From Octopus vulgaris (lineage: Eukaryota), in NCBI GenBank assembly GCA_951406725.2, contig OX597824.1, forward strand, positions 96,906,001 to 96,970,000: 64,000 nucleotides of DNA, written 5' to 3'. The notes under the pieces are model-generated. The model searched no databases and had not been told where the DNA came from. It saw only the letters and a program-made list of their open reading frames with translations. This document shows, in pieces, positions 26,699 through 40,359 of this stretch. The stretch's first letter is position 1. The number at the start of each line of letters is the position of its first letter. The translations under genes were made by a program, and so were the position numbers.

Positions 26699-26870
26699 GT
26701 ATGTTGCCAGATGAACGATGAGGGGCCGAGATATATGTAACCTGCCACCCCTAGGGTGGAGAGGGCCACAAATCTTACTCTAATCTATCAATCTGTCAGC
26801 AACGCAGCTAAATAGATCGATTAAAAGGGAAAGAGATGACAGTAAATAGATGACAGCGCTCTTTATATTG

Positions 26871-27176
26871 TGGAGGCACATGGCCTAGTAGTTAGAGCAG
26901 CGGAATCGCGGTCGAGGGATCGCGGGTTCGAATCTCAGACTGGGCGATGTGTGTGTTTATGAGCGAAACACTTAAGCTCCACGCGGCTCCGGCAGAAGGT
27001 AATGGCGAACTTCCACTGACTCTTTCGCCACAACTTTCTCTCACTCTTTCCTCTTGCATCTTGCAACTCACCTGCGACGGATCGGCGTCCCGTCCAGGTG
27101 GGGAAGCTATACGCCAAGAAAACCGGGAAACTGGCCCTTATGAGCCAGGCATGGCTCGAGAAGGAACAAACAACAA
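26871..27176 (+). mobile_element. tRNA-derived SINE (head 2 + tail Y) with 12-bp TSD
   Basis: A box TGGCCTAGTAG, B box GGTTCGAATCT, (AAC)n tail; TSD CTCTTTATATTG at 26859-26870 and 27177-27188. Confidence 0.9.
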
Positions 27177-27974
27177 CTCTTTATATTGAATATAGATGCA
27201 TAGGTGTGTAGGTGTGTATATATGTGTGTGTGTGAGCGCGCGCGTCTGTGTGTATGTTCAAGTGCGTGTGTGCGTGTACATGTTTATATAAAAACACACA
27301 TACTGAAAGTGAAGGTTTATCTGACATGGCCGATGGATGCTTCGCGCTTTTTACTCCTGGTTCCCTATTACTACATCCGGTTACTCACACACTCCGTCAA
27401 AGGTGCCTCACCCATCTGGATCTCAAGCTGAGAAATACTAAGCCTTCAGAAACAATATTAGTGATAATATTTATTCCTTTTCTCTTTATTAAAGGGAAAA
27501 CGAAGTAGAGTTCGCTTTCAATGTATTCTTTTTTCGTCACCGCAATAGAAATTTTAAAACTATCGAAATTTTATTGAACATCGCAATTTGACCGCCTTTT
27601 TCCCCATTCTTTGCGGTTCCGCTTTATGTTTTGTACTGCTTCCCTTACTTATTTGCTCTCACGCTTGGTCCATTGTTGCGGAGATCAGCTAAACTGAGGA
27701 GCCGCCCGCTCAAACACAGGAATTCTGTATCTGGATGTGAATACAACTTTACTAATCTAAACGTCTTAACAAATCTACAAATATTTCCTGCATTGGCATC
27801 AGTCATCGATTAGTTGTGTAAGAAAGTGGGTTACATTCGAATAAGACGGTTTTAGAGCATGATTGATTTTTAAATTATTGATCATGATGGAGAAGATTAA
27901 TGACAGAGGCGATTGACCTTACCGAAATTTGCACTCAGACAATAAAGAACTGTAAATAACTTATGGTTTTTAAC

Positions 27975-28240
27975 TCAAGCACAAGACCACAAGTGAGTAC
28001 TACAAGCTACTCCAGCGCCTGAGTAGTACATTATTCTATCGACATAGGAGCAATTAAAAGCAATATCCACCTTGGCAGGATTTGAACTCAGAACGTAAAG
28101 AGAAGGCAAAGCATTTAATCATCCAATCATCTACTACTTTTGCCTCTCCACTGGTCTCACTTCGCTCAGGATGTAAAGAGCCGGACGAAATGCTGCGAAG
28201 CGTTTTTACCGACTCTTTAATGATTCTGTCAGCTCAGCAA
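27975..28240 (-). mobile_element. Degenerate SINE family A pieces
   Basis: CACCTTGGCAGGATTTGAACTCAGAACGTAAAG and GGACGAAATGCTGCGAAGC. Confidence 0.55.
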
Positions 28241-28599
28241 AGACGGTAATAATGCATTTTCTTGGTCACAGAGTCCCAAGGCGCTGAGGACATTACAGGA
28301 ACGAAATACATACAAGCGGGGGGGGGGGAATGCTGTTTAAAAATAAATTGACAAAGCAAAGGATATAATCTAAATGTAGTAGTAACAGTAGTAGTATTGG
28401 TAGTAGTAGTAGCAGTAAACATAGTAGTGGTGGTAGTAGTAGTAGAGATAGTAGTTGTAAGCGTTCATGTTAGGTTTTTGGTTGAAAATATTTTCATCCT
28501 TTCTGTCCTCCGCTCTTGGACTCCCTGAAGAAATAAAGGGTCATTGGTTCTGCTTTTCCCTTCCTGACTATGCAAGAAAATACACCGAAGTTTTCTAGG

Positions 28600-28800
28600 A
28601 CCGGTACGAGCCCATAGATTTAGGAACAGGCAGGAGTAATGAAGGGAGATTCCAGTATTTGGCTGGTACTTCCTTATTTTATAGAACTCTCGAAGAATGA
28701 AAGGCAAATTCGATCTCAGAAGCCTTTGAACTAAGAATGAAAAGGAATAATAACAAAGTGGTGCCAGGCGTTTTGTGTGATATTCTGCAGATTCTGTCAA
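28600..28800 (-). mobile_element. Degenerate SINE family A
   Basis: CTGGTACTT..GAATGAAAGGCAAATTCGATCTC..TTTGAACTAAGAA. Confidence 0.55.
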
Positions 28801-30100
28801 AACTGGGAACCATAGGAACAGTAAAGAACTGTGGAGTAACAGCAACTACAACACCAGCGTTCTTATCGACAACATCGAATAATATCTCTGGCAACCATAA
28901 TGGAAAAAAAGGACAGTAACAACAGCAACAAGAGGAATAACAATGAGCAACTAATCAACAACATCAGCAGCACCAACAACAACTCTAATCACAATAGAAC
29001 AGATCAAATATTATTTATTGGCGCCATAAAAGAAAGAAAGGGAAAAACAACAACAACAACAGCAAAAATGGTGGTAATAATAAGACACAACTACAACAGA
29101 GTTTCTATCAACAGAACAACATAACCACCAACAACAACAACAACAACAAGAATGGACTGCTTGATATCTCTGTATGACTTAATATTCGACAAGAAGTCAA
29201 ACACAGCCCTCCGTTGCGATATCACAGCAAATGTATGGCTTTGCATATAGACAACGTTGCAAATAAGACATTTTATCAAAAATACCAAAGCATATTTCAA
29301 CACAATATGGTTGACAAAAAAAGTAGATGTATTCAGATATTCAGTTTTCTATTAATTATCTCGCCCTGGTAGTGCAGCCTCTCCGACTGGGGATGTAGAT
29401 ATTGCACACGCCATATTGGCAAAGGAGTTGTTTAATCTACACATAAGCTGAAATTTAATTATTTGTGAGTGATCGAAGGACAGACGGGAGGCATGTTGTG
29501 TATGTACACAACCTATAAAAATCAGATAAATGTACTTGATTTATATATTTATGTTTTCACTTATTATCTATTTATTTATTAGAATCCGTCCGAGAAGAAA
29601 AGAAGTATTTTCTAACAAAGAAACAAAAGCTGAAATTTGGACAGCGACAACAATAATTGTTACAGATTGACTTTAGCAAAGTCTTGTATATTTTTACTGT
29701 TCCACTTACAAAGGGAGTCTCACTGTGTATTAGTCGGTCCCTTTCTCAGCTTGAAAATCCTAGCTTTACAGATTGTCTGGCATTGCTAACTTCTCCAATG
29801 ATTATTGGTAAAAAATGTCAATTTAAACAAGAGTAGAAGAGCTGAAGGTTTCGAAGCAGTTTTCTATGACTATTCTCCTTCTCGCTGAGTTTCGAAGAGT
29901 TATTCAAAACTGAAAAGCCGTTAGTAATATCTACATTATTTAGATTGACTCTCGTTAGTGAAATCAGGTCAAATGGTCAAAATATTTGTTGCTTCGAAAT
30001 TGAATTAGTCAGATATAAAAGATATACAAGAAAAAAAATATACAATGCATGGATAAAGCAGAAGAATGGCAGTCTTCGTAATTGTTCAACATACACACAT

Positions 30101-30158
<58 letters not shown>

Positions 30159-30197
30159 AACAATGGGTATGACTGAGTGTCTGTATACATGAATATA

Positions 30198-30247
<50 letters not shown>

Positions 30248-30249
<2 letters not shown>

Positions 30250-30660
30250 GATTTGGGATAGAGAAAAGAAACTGTGCAGAGTTGTGGAAATTAGCTGAGC
30301 AGTGGATGTTAACATAAAGCTGAAGATTAGTGAAAAAGAGAACACCTACGCTGGACTATTGATAAATCTGTAATTACTCTATCAAGATTACAGCTCATAG
30401 CTGTAATTATTGGGGCCCTGGGATATGCCCAAATACCAATCACGATGCCCAAATACCAATCTTGAGAAATTAGGTTTCTCCAAACCAGAAAGGAGAAAGC
30501 TAATTCGAAGACTTCAGATCTAATCCATCACTGGAAATGTAAAAATCTGTAAGAATTTCCAGAAGTTTATCATTTAAATATAAATGAGCATGTCTAGATA
30601 TGCAACTATATGCATGGAAATACATACATAAAACATACAAATCTGCATATACATGAAAGC
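30248..30660 (+). pseudogene. Decayed RLE (restriction-like endonuclease) C-terminus and 3' UTR of a non-LTR element
   Basis: MIWDREKKLCRVVEIS*AVDVNIKLKISEKENTY...IIGALGY...NLEKLGFSKPERRKLIRRLQ...GNVKICKNFQKFII*; in-frame stops, a 21-bp internal duplication, and CATA-rich sequence downstream. Confidence 0.8.
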
Positions 30661-31418
30661 ATACATACATATATAGCTACATACATACATATATATATAT
30701 ACATATATATATACATACATATACATATACATACATATACATATATATATATATTCCATCTCACGGCCAATCTGCTTCTTACGTCTCTCTCTCCTTCCTC
30801 TCTCATCTCCCACTCCCACTCTCCACTCCCACTCCTCCTACCTCCAATCCTTCATTTCCCTATCTCAATATTTTATCATTCCACAGATTATTTTCACAAA
30901 TCCCTCAACAGATGCTTCATAATCTCACTGTTCTTTGACTTCATTTCGTAAATATTTACTTTTACACGCTCCAGTATGGACAGTTCATACTGGCCATACT
31001 GGAGCACCCTCCACTGATCTGAGTATTAGTTTCTTTCATTTCCACACCCTTTTAGCCCCTCTGTTTAACCCCCAACCTGGAACTTCGGTGCCTTTGCAGG
31101 CATTCACTCAACTGCCAGCTTTTGGAATGGTCTAGAATCTGATTTGTAACACACACCCACTTCTTTCCGTATTCTGCGAAGGCTTTAAAAACTTTAAGGG
31201 TCAACTGCGCGAATCTTTCTTCCCTCAGAGATATAAATAAGGGGCAATGACAGGACAGTGATTGCTGATAGGATCAAAACCCTTTGAATTCTTGTCTGAT
31301 GCAGAGCGACACAAGGAGAATGAAGACTTCTCATAGCTATGCATTCACGGAATTAGTAAGTACTGACCTCTTTCCATCGTCCCTACACAGATGCTCTTAA
31401 ATACGCGATCCTCTATAT

Positions 31419-31793
31419 GGCGGCGAGCTGGCAGAGTCGTTATCACGCCAGGGGAAATGCCTAGCGGTATTTCGTCTGCCGCTACGTTCTGAGTTCAAAT
31501 TCCGCCGAGGTCGACTTTGCCTTTCATCCTTTCGGGGTCAATTAAATAAGTACCAGTTACGCACTGGGGTCGATATATTCGACTTAATCCGTTTGCCTGT
31601 CCTTGTTTGTCCCCTCTGTGTTTAGCCCCTTGTGGGTAGTAAAGAAATAGGTATTTCGTCTGTCTTTAAGTTCTGAGTTCAAATTCCGCCGATGTCGACT
31701 TTGACTTTTCATCATTTTGCATACTGGGGTCAATCTAATCGACTGGCCCCTACCCCACAAATTTCGGGCCTTGTGCCTAGAGTAGAAAAGAAT
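31419..31793 (+). mobile_element. SINE family A dimer (head-body-tail 1, then body-tail 2)
   Basis: GGCGGCGAGCTGGCAGA head, B box GTTCAAATTCC; second unit restarts at AAAGAAATAG|GTATTTCGTCTG (about 31650). Confidence 0.92.
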
Positions 31794-32251
31794 ACTTGTT
31801 CTTCTATAGAATGTAGGTATCAGAACACCGCCCTCCAAACACCTCATAGATTCCTAGTTTACCTTTGTGTTGGTCTTCTGTATTTTTGCTTTTATTACGA
31901 TTCGACCTGTTTTCTTTAATTCAGAAAGTATTTATTTTCCGATGATCCGGCGATAACCACAGAAATGCCGGACTAACAAATTCCAACAAAGTCTTTCTAG
32001 AGAAACAATCAGCATATAAGAAGCTCACTATGAGTAGGTTTCTTTAAAATTGAGGATGGAACTGAGAATTAACAGGACGTGTAGCCTTTCTTAGATTCTT
32101 AGTCGTTATATTATATTCCAAAGGTTACCATTCAGAGCGGGAAACAACCAAAGAAAAATCACCAAATTAACCAAAGAGATCACGAAGCCGTTAAATCGCA
32201 GGGATTTGACCGGAAATATGGATTATATCTCATTTCTGTGGAAGACATTAC

Positions 32252-32375
32252 ACGGGTGTGGCTGTGTGGTAAGAAGCTTGATTGCCAACCACACATTTCC
32301 AGGTTCAGTCCCACTGGCCGATCAAAGACTTGTGAGTGTATTTGGTTTATGGAAACTGAAAGACGTCCGCCGGAT
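32252..32375 (+). mobile_element. SINE family B head fragment
   Basis: GTGGCTGTGTGGTAAGAAGCTT..GTTCAGTCCCACTG..TTGTGAGTG..GGAAACTGAAAGA. Confidence 0.75.
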
Positions 32376-32665
32376 ATATATATATATATTTGCTGCAGCT
32401 CATCTTTTACACCAAGACAAAACAATGTACATGATAACACTTCCGATCAGTTAAGATCAGAAGCAATGAGAGCCATTGCCGGGAGCTGCATCTGGGCAAT
32501 ATATATGTATGTGTATATGTATGTATGTATATGTTTGTATATCTGTATGTGTGTCTGTATGTGTGTATAGTTGGAACTTCATTAATCCGGTGAGGATGGA
32601 CTTAACTTCCATTAAACATGTCCCTACCGGAATGTTATAGCGTAATAACCTGCTTAACATTTAAA

Positions 32666-32770
32666 GCCGATGCTCAGTTATTGGCCACTGGCCACCCAGG
32701 GTGGATATACACGGTTATAATTATTGCCGATCCAACATTATCGACCCGTGGCCACCCAGGGTGGATAGAC
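32666..32770. repeat. 60-bp-period tandem duplication containing the palindrome CCACCC-A-GGGTGG
   Basis: TGGCCACCCAGGGTGGATA at 32689 and 32749; GCCGAT also repeats at a 60-bp offset. Confidence 0.8.
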
Positions 32771-34550
32771 TCTGTTATTTTCTCTCTAATCCATCAGCTT
32801 TAAAAAAAAAATATACTTTTTTTGTTTCTTTGAATGTTTTAGTTTCCTTTGAATTTTAATCTTCTCCGTCCTCTCTCTCATCTTCTCCGTCCTCTCTCTC
32901 ATCTTCTCCATCCTCTCTCATCTTCTCCGTCCTCTCTTTCTCCATTTTTATTTCGTCTCTCTCTTTCTCTCTCTCTCTCCCCCCTCTCTCTTCTCTTCTC
33001 TTTTTCTCATTGTTGTCTGTACATCGTAGTATTTCTCTTTCTCGATCTTTCTCTTTGCCTGCTTTCTCCCTCCCTCCCTCCCTCCTTCTCCCTCTCTCCC
33101 TCTCTCTCCCCTCTCTCTCCCCCTCTCTCTCTAATCTTCTATGTTTTCCTTTACTCCTTCCTCCTTATCTTTGTCAGCCTTTATCTCTTTCTTACTCTGC
33201 ATGTCTCTCTTCCCACTCTCTCTCTTCTACTCTCTATCTCTTTGTTATCTTGTCTCAGCATCTCTCTTTTTATCTCTCTCTCTCCCCTCTCTCCCTCTTT
33301 ATCTCTCGGTCTGCTTTTCTCTGCACCTCCCTCTTTATTCCGTCTTTACAGCTTTCTATCTCTCTTTGCCTCTCTTTTTGTTTTCGCTCTCTCTGTCTCT
33401 CCCTTTCACTCACTGCTTCTTTCCTCGCTTTATATCAGTTCTATTTCTATTGCTTCTGTCTGTCTGTTTCTCTCTCTCTGTCTCTGTCTCTCTCTCTGTC
33501 TCTGTCTCTCTGTCTGTCTCTGTCTCTGTCTCTCTCTCTGTCTGTCTCTCTCTCTCCCCCTCAGTATCTCATTTTAAACAATCATCTCTGCCCGACTTAG
33601 TTTACATTATGCAACTGCAACAGCTTAATAAATAATTAAGAAATCAAGGAGTTGTTGTCATTTAAGATTGAACTTTCAGGTCAACCTTTCAATGTCAAGT
33701 CAAAATATGGCAGTTAAAATAAACGTAGTTAAATATAATTAAGGTACGACGTTTCGGTTTCTAGCTCTTTATCAAGAAATAGAAGACAGAGTTTCGTATA
33801 CGAGAGAAAAAAAACCTATCTATCTAGATAGATTCCATTTTCAACAAACGGACCCCTCTTTTCTTTATTAGCAAATGTTCTTCTGTTGCATTCATTTTGG
33901 CCACCACGTTTTATCGTAAATTATTTGTTGTTGAGGGAAGCCTTGACTGGAGAAACCCTCAAATTCTGGATATTTCGCTTCATTATTAATATCGCTTGTT
34001 ATATGCAAAGGAAAAGAAAAGTAATGAAACGCCTCAAAGGCATTCCAGCCACCATCAACCTGTCCTTCTTTTTAAAGATGATTGGGTGTATGAGAGGAAA
34101 ATTTCGCTGCTATTTCTATGATTATGGTTACACAAGATCCTCATTTCTGGCTCGTACTGCATTCAGTTGTAATAGTTGTTGTTGTTATTGATGCAATCGG
34201 CTGACCTTCTAATCACGACTGTCCCATCTGTTTGTTTATAACTGCACTGTCGAACCGCCCTTCCTTTGAGTTGGGCGGCTGTGAATAGAAAGAGATTTTG
34301 CTACTAATTCTTAGCATTCGATCGACCATTTTGCTGTTTCCTTGACCAAGCTTTGGTGTCGTTGACTCATAGATATCCAAACTGACCAAAGCTATTTTGA
34401 TCCGTTCAACGACTCACACAAGACACAAGTCCTTCCTGTAATTCTCCAATCAATTCTTAAGACAATAAAAATAGCCATTTGTTATTTATATAATCATTTG
34501 TGAAGCAGCCATCTCTTGTTCCTAATGTTTTTACTATAAACACGCAGAAA

Positions 34551-35057
34551 GGCGGCGAGCTGGCAGAATGGTTAGCACGCCGAGCGAAATGCTTAGCGGT
34601 ATTTCGTCTGCCGTTACGTCCTGAGTTCAAATTCCGCCGAGGTCGACTTTGCCTTTCATCCTTTCGGGGTCGATAAATTAAGTACCAGTTACGCACTGGG
34701 GTTGATGTTATCGACTTAATACCTATGTTTGTCCCCTCTATGTTTAGCCCCTTGTGGGTAATAAAGAAATAGGTATTTCGTCTGCCGTTACGTTCTGAGT
34801 TCAAATTCCGCCGAGGTCGACTTTGCCTTTCATCCTTTCGGGGTCGATAAATTAAGTACCAGTTACGCACTGGGGTCGATGTAATCGACTTAATACCTGT
34901 GTCTGTCCTTGTTTGTCTCCTCTATGTTTAGCCCCTTGTGTGTAATAAAGAAATAGGTATTTCGTCTGCCGTTACGTTCTGAGTTCAAATTCCGCCGAGG
35001 TCGACTTTGCCTTTCATTCTTTCAGGATTGATTAAATAAGTACCAGTTACGCATTGG
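34551..35057 (+). mobile_element. SINE family A trimer
   Basis: One full head followed by three near-identical bodies joined at AAAGAAATAG|GTATTTCGTCTGCCGTTACG (about 34772 and 34957). Confidence 0.93.
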
Positions 35058-35242
35058 TGGTGGTGGTGGGCACTTTCATCAATCCACTCAAATAATTCAA
35101 TGAAGTACAGGTACCAGAATATTAGCATAAATTAGCATAAATTAGAGTGGATTGTCTGGAATGTAGGTGTTGTACTTCCAATGTGCTTTTGCATGAATGA
35201 GTAGAATCAGAAGGTGCTTCCCCCCACCCTGGAAAGTTTTAT

Positions 35243-35601
35243 ATTATTATCTCCGCCTTAGTGAAGGCGGAGGTCTAGTTTTCATTCGTGCTTGTTTGTT
35301 TGTTTGTCCATGGACAAGATATCTCAAGAACCGCGAGATGGATTCGAATGAAACTTTCAGGAATGTTTTGCCTTGTGACTGGCACGAACTGATTTTGGGA
35401 TCGATCTGGTACCGGACAAGGATTCTGGATTTTTTACTTAATTTTTGAGAGTGGTCAGACTCATTTTTAGCATTCTCGTTTGTGAGAGCGGTCGAGTTTA
35501 ATTCCGATATTCTCATTTTAAAAATCATGTCTGGCTAATCGTTGAGAGGACATTGGTGTTGCCTTGGCGGAGGTTTGCGCTCTTTGAGTGCGCTTATTGT
35601 T
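35243..35601 (+). mobile_element. Helentron-associated non-autonomous element (HINE-like), second copy
   Basis: 5' TTATTATCTCCGCCTT/AAGGCGGAGGT inverted pair, (GTTT)n, 3' subterminal CCTTGGCGGAGGT, then the GCGCTC-ttt-GAGTGC hairpin and TTGTT. Confidence 0.85.
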
Positions 35602-35669
35602 ACTTGCTTCCATTTACGGCCAGAGACTGAAACCTTTCGAGGACGATTTGCAACGATGTTACCACACTG

Positions 35670-36025
35670 GTAGGACTGTTGGGTAAGAAGTTAGCTTCCC
35701 AACCACACAGCTCCGGTACCTTAGGCAAGTGTTTTCAACTCTAGCCTCGGCCCGACCAAAACCTTGTGAGTGGATTTAGTAGACGGAAACTAAAAGAAGC
35801 CGCCCATCGTATATGTATATGTCTATATGTGTGTGTATTATCCCCCATCATCGCTTGACAACCGGTGTTGGTTTGTTTACGTCCCTGTAACTTAGCGGTT
35901 TCGCAAAAACAGGCCGATAAGTGTGAGGTTTAAAAAAAATCCCTGCGCTCGTCTCGTTCGACAAAACTCTTCAAGGCGGCGCTACAACATGACCGCAGTC
36001 CAATGAGTGAGACAAGCAAATGAGA
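35670..36025 (+). mobile_element. SINE family B, diverged
   Basis: CCTTAGGCAAGTG..CCGACCAAAACCTTGTGAGTGGATTT..(TA/TG)n..CGCTTGACAACCGGTG..TTCAAGGCGGCGCTAC. Confidence 0.8.
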
Positions 36026-36786
36026 TGCCAAAAAAAAAAAAGGCAAAGAAAAATATTGGAAACAAAAAAAAAAAAGAAAAAAACACACAGGCGCTTTGAG
36101 AAGTTGTGACGAACAATCGAATCGATTGTTTAAATGTTCTGAAAGAAAAACATAGACACAATAATAACCAATAATAACACATGTAACAGATAAGAGAAAT
36201 GCGTGACAGCCAATTAAAAATATTAAGGAGAACAATCTTCCTTCATTGATATCCCAGCAATCAATACGAATTGATGGCTTAGAATAATTACCTAAAGAAT
36301 CTGAAAAAAAGTTGCAGCTAATGGGTATAATAAGTTAGGAAAGTAGAATAATTCGCCTAGTATATAAATATACCTTTGTATTAAAATATATAATAAACAT
36401 ATACACACACATACACAGTCACTCACAAAGACAGACACACACACATAGTCATATAGGTAAGCGTACCAGCATCTATTTAATTATATATAAGAATATATAC
36501 AGGTAGGGCTATTAAGTTAGACATGACCAACACTGGCCAAACCTAATTATGTGTGTGTGCATATACATACATACATATACATACCTACATATAGATACAT
36601 ATACACACACACACATACACACATACATATATATATATATACATATGCATATATATATGTGTGCATAATAAAAAATCATATATATGTATATACAAACCAA
36701 CTTTCTTATCTATCTATCTATGTATCTATATATATATATATATATATATATATTCATACATATATATGTGTGTGTATAATTAAAGT

Positions 36787-36819
<33 letters not shown>

Positions 36820-38422
36820 CTCCCTATATGTATGCATGTGTGTATATATAGATATATAGATGTGTGTTTGTGTGTGTATATGTGTATGTATTTAGTAATA
36901 TCCGGTATAATTGTTGGTAGTTTTGTCGAATTCTCCAGATACGCTTTACATCGTATAGAAAGAGGAGGAGGGTGAGCAAAAGGGACAAGCAGAAGGTGCT
37001 AACATAAAAGTGGCAGAATCAGTGCACATAGTGGGCTTGTTTCCAGGCAATGAGTAAAGAAACGGTACAGACGCACACATACGTTCAGACGATGAAAGAG
37101 AAAGAACCATAGAAACAGAGGTTTAGGGGAAAATGTGAATTATAAAGTAGTTATGTCAGGATTAAAGTGCACGGATTAACGGATAAAAACGTGTCTACAA
37201 ACATCCATGGATGTGTGAAAAGAAAAATGTGAGACTAACAACTTAAAAATCTAAATAGCAAACACACACACAGATCTTAGTGTATAGAACTTAGTACACA
37301 CATTACTAAGGATAATAGATTTTCAATTATCTTTATGGTTTATATTCAAAAAGTAAAAGAAAAACAATGATTGAAGGCAAAATTGCTCTCGTTGTTGATC
37401 TTATATTGTTGCAGATTACTCACACACGCGCACGCGTGCATGAACAGACGCCCGCGCTCTCTCAAACACACACATGTATAAGCACACACGGAAGATATTG
37501 AGAGTTACTTAAGAGAGAAATACAGCGACCGTTTGCTTGAAGAACATACAAGTCCAGGACTCAAAGATAAACAAAACGAAGCAAGATTGTTTAAAAATAA
37601 GATTTATCTCTCGAGTAAACGAAACGAAGATGTTAATTCTCAAATGTTGGTTATTAAACACCGTTATTAGACATTTCTCTTTTCGCTTCCCAACAACATT
37701 GTGTAAGCAGCATCATGGAAAAGAAAAAAAAATATGAAAAGGGAAGGTATTGTAAAGTTAATTACAAATTGGTTTTTCATTTCGAAATTCTCTCTCATAA
37801 AATTTCAAATAATATTGTCACGTGACAGCTAGCTGGTGCTGGCTGCTGGAGCCTACTAGCGAGTATTTAAAGGGAAATTTGACAAGATGGTCAGTCGCCC
37901 GATGACACTCGTTGACGCTACATCGAAGAGGCCAAGGAACAGAAGAAAGAAGGAGAAAGAAGAAATGCACCCATCATCAGTGCTGAAGAAACCTCTGAAA
38001 GCGGGGTGGAGGGCGCCAGGTCGAAAACAGCGGAGGAGTAGGGGCCGAAACCGGACGTGGTCCCACCTGATGATGTATTTAGCCACTGGATCCTATAAAG
38101 GAGCTGTTGTGGTAGCAAACCACGAAACGCGGTTGGAATTCCTCCTTTGATTACATTTCTAAATCAGTTATCATTTCGCAAATTGATAAATTTACCTACC
38201 TACCTACCTACCTACCTACCTACCTACCTACCTACCTACCTACCTACCTACCTACCTACCTACCTACCTACCTATCTACCTACCTACATACCTACATACA
38301 TACATACATACATAAATGCATACATACATACACACACATACGTACATACATACATACATACATACATACATACATACATACATACATACATACATACATA
38401 CATACATACATACATACATACA

Positions 38423-38742
38423 TTGTGGCACTAGGATATGTAACACACTGCCTAAATACCAGTCTTGAGAAATTAGGCTTCTCAAAACCAGAAAGGAGAA
38501 AGCTAATTCGAAGACTACAATCCATCAATGGAACTGTAAAAATCTGTAAAACTTTCCAGAAGTTTATCATTTGAGTATACATGCGATATGCATGAGAAGA
38601 CACATAAAACAAAACATACAAATCTCCATGTTTATATATATACAAAAATACCTTGTTGTTGATGTTGGAATTCCAATGAAGGAGTCTTGAATCTAGGTTA
38701 GAAACCGGTTCTTTCTCTATTTCCAAGAAATCTGAATAACGA
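38423..38742 (+). mobile_element. 5'-truncated RLE LINE 3' end in (TACA)n
   Basis: Near-identical to 30415-30640 (ALGYVTHCLNTSLEKLGFSKPERRKLIRRL..GTVKICKTFQKFII*) plus 3' UTR; long (TACA)n upstream and CATATATACATAC downstream. Confidence 0.85.
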
Positions 38743-38783
38743 CATATATACATACACACATCACACAGAGATACAGAAACACA

Positions 38784-38847
<64 letters not shown>

Positions 38848-38889
38848 TTATTTCGTTTGGCCTAGTGATACTAATAACCTGGTGTTAGA

Positions 38890-38975
38890 ACTCAATATGC
38901 TTATGTCTCAGAACAAAGTGTCAATGGAGCACAGAGCGATAATAAGAAATCGAATGAAGGACGAGGGAATGGGTA
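38890..38975 (+). pseudogene. Possible mariner transposase N-terminal remnant
   Basis: [15 protein letters not shown] resembles the mariner N-terminal E.RAVIKF..KEG motif; very short. Confidence 0.25.
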
Positions 38976-39057
38976 ACTCTGTCGTGAAATTCATTAGCTT
39001 ACGGCTGTTTCTGCTGTGGTTGAGTGTTTGTGTATCACCGCCTAGCTTCATCAGAGC

Positions 39058-39127
<70 letters not shown>

Positions 39128-39223
39128 TATGTGTGTGTGTGCGTATACACACGCATACGCAAACACGCACGTACACACAGACACACACACATACACACAT
39201 AAACACACACTTACACACACACG

Positions 39224-39279
<56 letters not shown>

Positions 39280-39532
39280 AAACTTAAATATTTACATATC
39301 GGAATCTACCGTATTTTACATTTATATTATCACATCTATTTTGCATATTAGATTACAGTACATCATATGTATATACATACATCTGTATATCCATACATCT
39401 GTATATCTTTATATATACATTTATATTCATATACATACATGTATATATATATATATATTTTGCATCTATACACACATAAGCGTATATAAGCCAACAACCA
39501 GCCCCCACGCATGCACACACACACACACACAT

Positions 39533-39572
<40 letters not shown>

Positions 39573-40189
39573 GTTATCTAATAAACAACGTACATCATCT
39601 GCTGAAAAATAATCATACCGGAAATTAAACCTGTCACTTATTCAGGTGCCTTTTAAGTTCAGAAGCTAGTGACTGTGGTGGTGATGACGATGATGGTGGT
39701 GGTGGTGATGATGATGTTGTTGTTGTTGGTAGTGGTGGTGGTATTGGTGGTGGTGGTGGTGTTATGGTTTTAGTGTTGATGAACGTAGCAGTTTGATTAA
39801 AATACCTTATTTAAATGAAACCGGAGGAAATTCAGCGTTAATTATGTATATAAGAGTGCGAGTATTCGTTCTTTTTTTTTTTGTGTGTGTTGTACACATT
39901 CGCCAAAAATTAAATGCTCTTAGCTTAGATTTTTGGGGCCAACCAATTGTGTATAGTCTCAAGTATAACAGACCGAAACTGTAATGATAGTTGGAGACTT
40001 GACTGAGGAATAGAAGGACAGGAATGATCCGTCCTTGTTTTTGCCTGTCTGACAAAGACAGACAGGCAAGAACAAATTATATGAACACATTAATTCTAAA
40101 CAGAGAAATCACTTCCTGTATATTCACATGCTTACACATAAATGTGTTTGTGTGTTTTTATCATAGATATCTCTTTGTATTTATGTGTA

Positions 40190-40277
<88 letters not shown>

Positions 40278-40359
40278 CACACGCTCACGCACACATATAT
40301 ATGTATGTATATATGTATATGTGTGTGTGTGTGTGTGTATGCATGTATGTATGTGTGTA

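Noticed and set aside
26871-26945. tRNA gene (also the heads at 31419, 34551 and 55931)
   Set aside because: A/B boxes are present but continue into SINE bodies, some with TSDs; no complete cloverleaf.
34457-34870. 137-aa ORF MRNWYLIYRPRKDERQSRPRR (also 47851-48222)
   Set aside because: Antisense translation of SINE family A.
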